A stretch of DNA of 59,795 nucleotides, the filler included, from Blastocystis sp. subtype 4 (taxonomy: Eukaryota): NCBI RefSeq assembly GCF_000743755.1. It is 2 parts of 2 records of this genome, joined end to end, with 100 filler letters (N's around TTAATTAATTAA, not from the genome) between each part and the next. Parts side by side here need not be neighbours in the genome. Positions count along the whole stretch, not along the records: positions 30,032 to 59,795 come from NW_014569426.1; 1 more part is not named here. One strand, given 5' to 3'. Numbering within the stretch: position 1 is the first letter of the stretch; each line of letters opens with the position of its first letter. Below the pieces are notes generated by a model. It ran no database searches, had not been told where the DNA came from, and saw only the letters and a list, made by a program, of their open reading frames with translations. Below, one piece after another: positions 39,075 through 49,701 of the stretch. Made by a program: the position numbers and the translations under genes.

Positions 39075-41067
39075 TTACATAGACAAAGTCATTTCGTCAA
39101 CAAGTGTAAGAATATGTTGGCCCCCAGTACTTTTCTTCAAGTTGACGTAATACAACATAACGGTATTTAATAATCGTCGTTTGTTCTCAGGACTACAGAT
39201 TCTCAACATAGTCTGAATCACATAGTTGGAATACTACAGATTAATGTTCCAAATATCCTCTTACACTATTATGCAACAGCGTAGAGAATACAGAAGAATG
39301 GATAACTTCATTGACCATCCTCGTACACATATCTTCATCAGCATAAGCGAACAATTTCTCAATTACATTACTACTAAACTTTTGGCACATTAATAATGGT
39401 ATATTACCAAACGTACATTCAGCAAGAGAGTTGGCGTCATGTCGGCTTCCATGTTCCATTACATACTGGATAACATAATTACCGAAAGGATTCTGCATAA
39501 GAGTGAGAGCATTGTCCATAATCTTCTCGACAAGACGCAAATGATAGTGAGGGGGTGCATGAGAGAAACAGTACTGAATAACAGAACAACCATGACGATG
39601 TGTTGCAATCTTGGAATTAACCAATTATGCATCCTACCTCAATTGCACTCTCAATAATTTCTTCATAAATCCCTGCACAATAGAATTCGGGGAAGTAGTA
39701 CAAGCAACGATGAATAACATGGTTCCCTGTAACATGGGAAGCAAGACTAGCGACTCGACCTTGAAGAGCAGAGACAACACTTGTCCAATGAGTCGGAATG
39801 GAACAGTACTATGTGAAAAAAGAATTAATGAAACTTACAGGGATAAGGTTTTGAACACTACGTGTTCCGTGCGTCCTAAAACCAGCTAGTGCAAGTGAAC
39901 CATGTACACGCTTCAACTATGGATTATCAAGAACCTCTCATTACTCACAAGATCAGTTATCAAAGATACATCTAATGACTTGACAAGGGCTTGGAATAAA
40001 TAATTTCCACAGCGATCAACCATCAGCTCATTCAAATGACTCTTCAGCTTTGAGTACATGTCTTCAACCACACTCGGAGAAGCATCCTTCAGAATATTTT
40101 GCAGAGCACGACATCCACTGTAAGTGAATGCCATTCTCAATATAGATCCACGAATTAAGGAATAATCTGCTGCGGTAGACTCAGATTGGCTACCAGTAGA
40201 CCCATTATTACGCATAGGCGTATTATGAGTGACGGTATGGTTCCCATCATTACTTTGTCTGAATGATCGATGATTCGATGTGCGAGTGGTGTGATGGGAG
40301 GAGCGAGGAGAAGAATACTGATCGAAGTGAGGATGAGCTCGTGTATCTGACTCCGTCGTTGCCTGATTGTTGGAAGGTGGCTCCATCATTGGCTGAGTGT
40401 TGAAAACTTGTCTCATCATTGGCTGGGTGTTAAAAACTTGTCCCATCGTTGCCTGAGTATTGAAAACTGGCTCCATCATTGGCTGGGTGTTAAAAACTGG
40501 TTCCATCGTTGGCTGAGTGTTGGAAGCTTGTTCCATTGTTGGCTGAGTATTGAAAACTGATTCCATCATTGCCTGGGTGTTGGGAATTCGTCTCATCATT
40601 GGCTGAATGTTGGAAGCAGGCTCCATCATTGGCTGAGTGTTGAAAACTGGCTCCATCATTGGCTGAGTGCTGAAAACTCGTCTCATCATTGGCTGAGTGT
40701 TCGAAACTGGCTCCATCATTATCTGGGTGTTGGAAACTTGTCCTATCATTGGCTGAGTGTTGACAACTGACTCTGTTACCTGAGTATTGGAAATTGACAT
40801 GTTTCGATTAGCAAAGGATGGTTCAACTTCTAACTCTGAAGATGGATTCACTCTATAGAACCAACGATGACTAAGAGGATAACTGGGAGCATAGTTGGGA
40901 GGAGCATTACTAGGAGCATTATTGGGAGGTACATAATTAGAAGGAGCATTAGGAGGAACATAACTGGAAGGAGGATTAGGCGTAACAAAAATCGGAGGAG
41001 GACAATCATAAGAACTATCAAAAGGATAATCAAAAGGATCAAAAAGCTCAGAAGGATAATCAGTCAT
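39075..41067 (-). CDS. Pumilio/PUF RNA-binding protein with repetitive N-terminus
   Basis: PUF repeats GCRALQ, GNYLFQ, GTRSVQ, GNHVI, GCSVIQ, GNYVIQ, SSNVIE, SNYVIQ. Confidence 0.9.
40360..40790 (-). repeat. 30-bp coding tandem repeat (~14 copies, NTQPMMEPVF-like)
   Basis: Plus-strand unit CTCCATCATTGGCTGAGTGTTGAAAACTGG repeated with variation. Confidence 0.9.
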
Positions 41068-41748
41068 AAAGAAATGAGGGTAAACATATGGATAATACTA
41101 GCACTAAAGAATATCAAAGCAAGTATACATTATCATTGTACCCAGTTTGTTGCATTGGTACAAATGAAAACTGACTCCAGTATTCTTCACTTCTCAACCC
41201 AGAAGGATGCTCAGCCATAAAAGACGAAGGAGGAGCTTCCTCATGACCGTATCTGTGGATGAGAGAGAAACGATTCAGCCAACCCTCTAGCGTCATATCC
41301 AGGATCTTGACCAGTACTTTCCGTGGGGTGTGGTATTGGATTGTCCGAAACTCCGTTATCATTCCAGTCTACAAAAGCACCATAGAATAACCTCCTACCT
41401 TGCATGTTGGTTTGCTTCACAGATTTCCAGTTTAAATCAGAAGCAAAGGGTTAAGATGATAACCACAAAAAGAAACTGGAGAACCTTGTCAACATGATCA
41501 GTGGTATGAATTATCAAGGAAATGTAAAACTATATAACCGCATCTCGTAGAAATCTCCATTCTCGTAATTAGAGCACACCATACTGCGACTAGTCCCAAG
41601 AATAGAGTTTAGGAATCTAAAATGACGATTGGCATGTAGATGAGTAAATAGTAGTCACCTTAAAACCTTATAATCGACATATTTTTTGTCAACACACACT
41701 TAAGAATAGGACTTCCAACTCCATACATCCTTTATATTAGTAAGAGCA

Positions 41749-42124
41749 ATGCCTTGTTTCCGTGTATTTACAAATGTTGATGTCGATAGGGAAACACAAG
41801 TTGCCTTTTTAAAGGCTGTTTCCTCAATGTTGGCTAAGGAGCTTCGAAAGCCTGAAAGGTATGAATATTGTAGATTAAACAAGTAGTTATGTGACAGTGT
41901 GTATCGTTCCTGGACAGACAATGCTCTGGGGAGGAAATGATGTTCCTTGTGCACAAGCGTACCTCATGAGCCTTGGAGGATTGGGAACGGAGGTTAACAG
42001 CAAGATTTCTTCCAAATTGGCTGAGCTTCTTAAGAAGCACTTGAAGATCACTTCGGACCACTACTATCTTCATTTTGTAGATGCTGAGGGATACATGATT
42101 GGATATGATGGTGATACGTTCTAA
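41749..42124 (+). CDS. MIF: Macrophage migration inhibitory factor / tautomerase
   Basis: M-P-C-F-R-V-F-T-N-V (catalytic Pro1), KPESYV, GG...PCA, SLGGLG, ends IGYDGDTF; one 28-nt intron; ~115 aa. Confidence 0.9.
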
Positions 42125-42149
42125 TTATTCTTTGTTGCGATCAAACAGG

Positions 42150-43115
42150 TCAATTAGTAATACTTTGAAAACCATTCTTCTTTATAACAAATGGGACACA
42201 GAGCGGAGTAGACTAAAACAAGATTCTCTCCAAAATAGTACTTTTGAACTGCTTTTCACTAATTGTAGCACCCGTTCATTTTCTAGTTTGATCATATAGA
42301 TTATAGAATCGACGAAAAAACTAGGAATGACAGATTCATAGCAATCGCACTTATTGCTTGGATGAAGCGTTGCGGTTGAATCTCTTCGAACTTGCATTGT
42401 CATCTGAATTGTTCATTCAACCCATTCTTATACAATCACAGGGATCCGAAATGTACGTGCAATCCAGCGAAGCTGCTGGAGAATATGAGACATCATTACC
42501 CGTCCATGAAGATAATCTTGAATCATCAATGGTTGGAAGAAGGGAGTCATACTGTCAATCACCACACAACCCCAGCATTCGCTTTCGAACTTCTATAATT
42601 CAATGTTCTTTATAGTAGATACGGATTGGAACTTCTCCAGAATATCATATAATTCGTATGCATCAAAACTATTCTCGATGTACAACAGAGACAACGAAGA
42701 ATCAATATCAGCTCCGAGAGAAGTAAGAATTTCAATGATTCGATCGATGACAAGATTGCATCCGCTGTTGATATACAAGCAGGGTTTCTTTTGTGATAGG
42801 CACTGACAAACAATGGACATTGTGAATTGGGTCTTTCCGATTCCTGGATATCCAGATACCACTGTTACGTCATGTTTGAGCACCGAATCGCCAAGAACCG
42901 AATCCAGTCTAGAGTGAATTAGATAGAAAGAACTAACACTGGATCGTTCAATATGATTGAAGGACTGGTTGTTTCGTCACGAATGAGAGAAATCAGTGTC
43001 TTCGCATCATTCTTACAAAGCGAAAAGATAGAAGAATTTATAGAATCAACTTCCTTCAAGATTATCCAAAACAACAATACTTCACCAATGGTGACAAACG
43101 AGTCTGTTTGACCAT
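42150..43115 (-). CDS. RAD51 paralog (RAD51D/XRCC-like RecA-fold)
   Basis: LDSVLG, Walker A GYPGIGKTQF, LYINS, Walker B-like VVIDS, C-terminal PFVIKKNGF; start approximate. Confidence 0.75.
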
Positions 43116-43165
43116 ATCTGATTTGTTTATAGCAACAATATCTACAACTATATATCAAATGAAAC

Positions 43166-46069
43166 ATGAAACAGAACCAGTGTTGATTGTTGGATACGTT
43201 GTTTGAAGCCGACATTTTATCGGTGATGTCAACAGTTCACTCTGCTCAAGATTCCACATATTCCAAAAGAACAGAAACAAATTGTGATTATCAGTAAGTC
43301 CTAATTTTTTTGATTTGGTATGGAAAGGATAGAAGAGCCTGAAGAAGAGTCTTTTTCGCTTCAGGATGGAATTTTGGTGGAGATGTGCTGTTTTGTGAAA
43401 CAATTCTATCCTCATGTATTATTGGAGAGTGAAATAGCATTAGTGGACTCTATCCTCCAATTGGAACCGGACTCACGAAAGATGCTTTTTGCTCTGTAAA
43501 TACAAATAGTATTTGTAACCTTTAGATCAAAACGGAAGCGGAGGTACTTTTTCCCGTCTTCATGTCATATGAAGCTTACCGATTTAGAGGAGGTATGAAT
43601 ATGGATGAATTATATTGTCAGACAGTTGCAAATCTTTGGCAGGCAGGATATTTGATTTCTTGCCAAGAGTCAGATGCATTTCGTTTGTTGTCTGAAATCT
43701 CTGTTAATGACCTTCGAATCATAATTCAGGCTCTTGGTATGGATTCTATTGTTACAGGAAAGTGAGACTAACAGGCAAGTTTAATCAACAGAGATTACTC
43801 TTCCAAGAAGTCGATTCTGGATTTTTTTCAATTTGTAAAACGATCTTCCTTCACATTATCAGCGAATTCTCTGGAGAGGCGAATCTTGAATGTCATCAGC
43901 ATGATGCTTGAAGAACCCTTACAATTAAACACAGATGTACAACTTCTGTTGAAACGGATTCAACTCCTCTTCTCGCCATGTTCATCGTACTAGTATTTAC
44001 ACAAGATGATACAAAGAGATTCTGCGATTACTTTAGCAACTCTCGGGAAAGTAGAATTCCCCATTTATTCGTTATATCCGTCGTATCCATTTTTTCCCTC
44101 ACGTCATTCGTTTCATGTCTTTGAGTTGATTCGTTATCTTTCTCTCCTGCTAGAGCACTCCTATCTCAATACTCTTACACCAGCAGGACTTCATCAAATC
44201 ACATCTTGTTGTTGCAACTTCCTTCAGATACTGTGGAGCCACGAACCTGATTCTGTTCGGTCAACTATTCCTTCTCTGGACTATTATCAACAAATGTGTG
44301 TATTATCCGAATTGGCACCAGAGCAGTCAAATGAGGTCAAATCCATAGATAGAATTCTCACACAACTCTTGAAACTATTTGAAAAACAAGAGAGTGAGAC
44401 TGGGGAGATACCAAAAGAACCATCATTTTTGGTCAATGTGCCGACAGATCCATTTGATCGAGCGATGTATATTCAACTTTGTCAGATCATATCTGTGATT
44501 GAGATGGATTCTGAATCAATTCGAACTATTCGTTTGTATACAAGTAACAAGCAAAGAGTCGTTCGCATTCTCGTTCGATTCCTCCATTATTTGGAAGAAC
44601 GAAAGAGCTGCAATGATTCGTATCAACTGGCAATTACTCTTCTCACCACTTCATATCTCGATTCCCGCGGTTATGTGTGGACTGTATTTTGCTATTCATA
44701 TCAGCAATTGTTTGGTGATCATGGAATGATTGACTTATTACAGACAGCTCTTCAAACAGTAGAACGTGATTAGAGAATGAATTATTTGATAACTAGCATA
44801 TGGTGATTATCGAATGAAACTACAGCGTAAACTGAATAAGTGTCTCCGATCTTCATTACGAGCGAATCTTTTTCCCATAAAGCTTCCATGTTATACTGTT
44901 CGTTATTTGAATCAGCATCCAATACAAGGACGTGTTGGTTACAAAAATGTATACTACAATGATAATGTGATGAACAATGGAATGATGTAATTGTTAGGAT
45001 GAACGAATAACCGTGGAAATGCTAGCACTCCAGCATTATCAACAATCATTTGATTATGAAGGAATTGAAGATGAAGGAAGATCGTTTCGTGCGTATAAAG
45101 AATGAAAGTGATCTATAGGTATGCTAACATGGTTGTTCTTCTGGGATGTGATTTACATCCCTCTTCCTTATGCATTCCAGAATCCATATCAAGATCGCCC
45201 TGTTGATTTTGGTTCTCATGCATTTTATCAAGCAAGACGAGAATATCTTGATTATTATAGAGATCGATTACTAAACATGTCAGATGATGATATGGAAATT
45301 TTCCTTTTGAATTCAATTCGTGCACATCGGAATATCTCATGTCATTTGGATTGGTCTCAATTGAATGAAAATTGGCTGATACGAGTTGCGAGAGGTTTGG
45401 GTAGTTATCGATGTATTCAGATTTGTTATCGGTTATGTGAGTGTGAATGAGGGAATTGAAGAATAGTAATGCATTGGGAGGTTCTAAGTCGTGGTTTGCC
45501 TGATTTGTTGTTATTACGAGAATCATCGAGTAATATTGGAATGCCAAAAGTATTAATGGTTGAAGTGAAAGGAGAGAAAGATCAGATACGTGATGATCAG
45601 TTAGATTGGATAGGATTCTTTGAAGATAATGGGATTAACGTTGAAGTATGTTGGGTAAGAAGTGGACAAAGTGTGAGAATGTAGTTGACTGGGAGTCATA
45701 GAACTGATGAAACAGAACTGATTGGGAGAGAGAAGTATTGGAAGGAGGTGAATCAGTGGGAAGGAATGGATTGTATAAGAGTGAGGCAGGAGGGAAAGGA
45801 ATGTTTGAAAATGAAAAAGGAAGTGGACTGTGTGGAAGTGAAGAAAGAAGCGTCAGATCAAGAAAGAAGGACTACAGCACGAGTGAAGGTAGTTTCAGAT
45901 CAATCAACACGATCTGAAGAATTATCACAACTCCAGTCAAGTCAAGAACAAATGAAGAAGCGTCCTCGACTCTCGTTAAGTCAAGAACTAGCGAAGAAAC
46001 GTTCTCAAACCAAACAGAAATCAAATTCACCTTCAATTCTTCAATTCTTCTCTAAGAAACCAACTGCAT
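43166..46069 (+). CDS. FAN1: Fanconi-associated nuclease 1 (VRR-NUC)
   Basis: LFFWDVIY, AFQNPYQDRPVDF, RGLPDLLL, VEVKGEKDQIRDDQLDW (PD-(D/E)xK); C-terminal SILQFF; start approximate; stop predicted from poly(A). Confidence 0.85.
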
Positions 46070-46596
46070 TCCTTGTTTGTTACAACATATGATCATATTG
46101 ATAGGATAGTAGTCCTTCTCTGATAATCAATGCCCGAAGGAATAATACCAAATGTTGTTAAGCTATATACTCATTAGTAACAATGATTGATATCCTTGAC
46201 ATATCTGTTATCTATGATAATAAAACAAAATACTAGCGGAAACTCCAATATAGCCATTCATATGAGAAAATACAAAGAAACCACCTATTGATAACACGAT
46301 AATACCAACATACCATCAACAGCAGAGAGACACAGAATACAGATAACAAACCAACTCATATCACTGACATCTATTCAACACACATTGATAGATTTTGCAG
46401 AACAGTAATCAAACTCTCAGTTTCCTTTATCCGTCAAATTACTACTACAACCGCGATTCATATCCCTACTCACAGCAGAATCTAGATTGATGAATTCAAC
46501 AATAACCATTATTTCTTCCTCTATAATTCTTCTATTCTATACTCTCAATTCCATCGTGGTTTTCAAGCAAACGATACAGATATTGTACTTGAAATC

Positions 46597-47211
46597 ATGC
46601 AGCCTGCCCTTCTTGCTCGTCGTTTCCAGCCTCTTCTGAAATCCACTCAGACTATGGCATTAAAGGCTTCTCCTGTTGTCTTTCAGCGTAACCTTTCGTA
46701 CTTTCTTATCCATGTTGTTTCCTGATTAGTTATATCGAAGAGCAGTATGCAAAGGGTAGAATGGTATCTCCTCATCTGTCCATTTATAAGATTCGTTGGG
46801 CCACTGCTTCTTCTGGTTGTCATCGTCTTACTGGTTTTGGTCTGTGGCTAGGTACTCTTTGGAATTTCTTATTTCTCATTTCTAGGTTTCTCGGCTGTTG
46901 GAATTGCTGCACTTTGCGGTTGCAATATTCCTGCCCTCATGGAAACGATTAAGTATCATCCTATTATTCTATATGGAGGAAAGTTCTTTATGTCGTATGC
47001 TCTTGCTTATCATTATACTTGTGGTCTGAGACATATTGTAGGCCAAGAATTGGTTGATTATCTTTAGTTCTTCGATTACTATCCTGATAAGCTCACTTGG
47101 AAGAACATTCAGAGCAGCTCTCTCTGGATCATCTTTGGAGTCTTTGCTCTCTCACTGTTCTTGACTGTTGCTAAGCTTCCCGCTCTGAAGAATAAGGAAG
47201 AGACTAAGTAA
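46597..47211 (+). CDS. SDHC: Succinate dehydrogenase cytochrome b subunit (complex II C)
   Basis: Mitochondrial-type presequence MQPALLARRF; RMVSPHLSIYK, SGCHRLTG, YHYTCGLRH; three TM segments. Confidence 0.88.
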
Positions 47212-47303
47212 AACGAAATGATGTTGTTTTCATTTCCTTGTTTCAACCAATAATTTTGGTATTAAGAAACATTGTAACTCAATGAAGAGGATTAATAAGC
47301 AAC

Positions 47304-47702
47304 TTAGTGCATAGCAACCTCCACCTGCACAGAAGCATCAATCTGAATAGTGGTAATGCTCTTCACAACCTCCACAGAACTAAAACATTACACTATCCCA
47401 TCTCTTCCTACGCAACAAGATCAATCACTCTCTTATGAATTCTCATCTCCAAATGCTCCCAGGTGTTGGTTCCCTCTCCGCAAGGGGACTTACGAGTGGT
47501 GATACGGAGGAACTTAGTAGGCATACGCACAGGTCCAGAAACCTGGACGTTCTTGCTCAGAGCAAGACGCTTGATCTCAGAACAGACTAGACTATCAACA
47601 TCAACCACAACTACTACCTCTCTCGATAGCCTTCACATTGGTGGAAACCAAAGTAATACGAATGCGGTGCACCTCCTCGTTGACAACCTTTTCCTTCTCC
47701 AT
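47304..47702 (-). CDS. RPS20: 40S ribosomal protein uS10
   Basis: [47 protein letters not shown]. Confidence 0.95.
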
Positions 47703-47908
47703 TGATGTTTCTTTGGTTTTGGAACGGTTTCATTCTGGCTCCAGAAATATGCAGAAATAAAATAGAGAGATACTTGTTGAAACCATTTACTATTATTTCT
47801 CAGAGATTTATTGCACCCTTGTTCTTTTTACGTTCAACTGTAAGTGAATTGGATGATACGGATGGTGATAAGGAGAAATTGATGGAATGGTAGAACCGGG
47901 TGAAGACA

Positions 47909-48474
47909 ATGGTTTCGTGGCATTCTTTGTTTCTAATTTTTGTTATAGATGGAGAGAATCGATAAGAGCGTCATTACCACTGCTAAGGATGTGGAGGCCA
48001 TGAAGCTGATTCAGGCTTACGCTGACTTCTTGAAGCGTTCCGGAAAGATTGAACTTCCTAAGATGCATGATATCATGAGAACTCGTGTGTTTAGTGACTA
48101 CATTCCTCTCGATGAGGACTGGTACTACATTCGTTGTGGTAGATGGTTTATTGAGATGGTCATATATAGCCGCTATTGCTCGTCACCTGTACATGAGACC
48201 TGGTGTGGGAATTAATTCTCTGAGAGAGCACTTTGGTGGAAAGCATCGTAATGGTGTGCGTCATGCTTACCATGATCATGTATGGATGTCTATTTTGTTT
48301 GAGAGATAGGCTAATGGAACCATCATCCGCAGTGCTATTCACAATCTGGAGAAGATGGGTCTGGTTGAAGAGGCTAAGAATGGGTAGTTCTAGTGGTCCC
48401 AGTTGACATGTAGAGGCCGTAAGCTGACCAAGGCTGGACAGAAGGAGTTGGATCTCATTGCCAGACAGATCTAA
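47909..48474 (+). CDS. RPS19: 40S ribosomal protein eS19
   Basis: KDV...AYADFLKRSGKIELP, DWYYIR, IARHLYMR, GRKLTKAGQKELDLIA; ATG 47909 plus intron, or start at 47949. Confidence 0.93.
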
Positions 48475-48582
48475 ACGACTTGGGATTAAAGAATTCAAGG
48501 AGTGTCAGGTGTTTGTCCAAAACTTTTTGATCATTGTACTATAACAAACAAATTCCCATGACACACTCGAATAAGTTAAAAC

Positions 48583-49024
48583 TTACTTCAGCTTCTTCTT
48601 GGGACGAAGTTGGCTGCTGTGTCCGCACTTCTTCTTACGGCAGTTGTGAGCACGAGGGGGAAGACGAGCGTAACACTTACGGCAAATCATCTTCTCGCAG
48701 TTGTACTTCTTGGCCAGGGCAGCAAGAGTAGGCTCAATGACTCCTCCAGCCATCTTGAACAACACTTCAATGGTAGCATCAGAGCTCACTCCGTAAGCTC
48801 CAATCATCTCAGAGTCGTCCATCTCCTTTCCAGCGAAGACCATACGCTGGTTGTAATAGTCAATATTCTCCTTATCCTGGATCATCTTCTTGACTTCCTC
48901 CACAGTTTCTGTGGGCTGGACCTCAAGAGAGACAGTGTTTCCCTAGATCAGGTTAGAGAGGGTTCAAAATTCACAGAGATGTTTCAAACACACTTACAGT
49001 AACAGTCTTGAAAAAGAGCTGCAT
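48583..49024 (-). CDS. RPL40: Divergent ubiquitin-like domain fused to 60S ribosomal protein eL40
   Basis: Exon 1 MQLFFKTVT, intron 48943-48997, [10 protein letters not shown]...VLFKMAGG, then canonical eL40 VIEPTL...[33 protein letters not shown]. Confidence 0.93.
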
Positions 49025-49123
49025 GCTGTGTCACTTTTTGAGATGGTTGGAAATGACAGAAATCCATAAAAACCAGATCGTAAATCTCCCATTAATCTCC
49101 AGAATCCTTTCATTTTTGAAGCC

Positions 49124-49675
49124 ATGCCTGTGTATGATCTAAAACTGAAAGCAGAATTAGAGAATGTTGAATCCATATCAGCTACTGATGACACTTTATG
49201 GAGAGTGAAGATCGAGTGTTCCAACTGTCAGGAAGTGTCGCCTTCGTTCATTGAAATATCTTCAAAAGAACAAGTAGATGTCCCTGGGACACGGGGTGTA
49301 TGTAATTGCTTATATACATGCAAATCGTATCCAAATTCTTATCATTTCATTGAATAGATGCAAAAGAAAGATCCAAATTGATGTAGCACCCAAATCATTG
49401 ACTCCATACACCGATTCTGAAAAGTCATCTAAGATTGTTTCTTTTGAAGTTCGTGGAGGAAAACCATGTGAATACCAACCTGCTGTATGTTTTTGGTGTT
49501 CGTTTGATAGCATAGGATGGTTTCACGATTACTGCTCAGAGTGGAGCTGTATTCGAAGATGTGGACCTTCAAGATGACTTTGCTGATTACGATGGTAGAT
49601 TTGTGATTGCATCTTCAATGATAGAGAAGGCTGACGAAGCTGTTAGTGTAATGAATATGGAATGGGAATTTGAAT
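49124..49675 (+). CDS. DUF866 / CXXC zinc-binding protein (CZIB/C1orf123-like)
   Basis: LKAELENV, CSNC, VPGTRG, CKSC, FEVRG, DFADYD, ends MEWEFE followed by T and then 4 nt and TGTTTTAT. Confidence 0.85.
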
Positions 49676-49701
49676 CACATGTTTTATGCAACAAAGACTC
49701 G

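Noticed and set aside
40848..41220. Ile/Arg-rich and Leu-rich ORFs
   Set aside because: Alternative-frame and antisense readings of the low-complexity Pumilio N-terminus.
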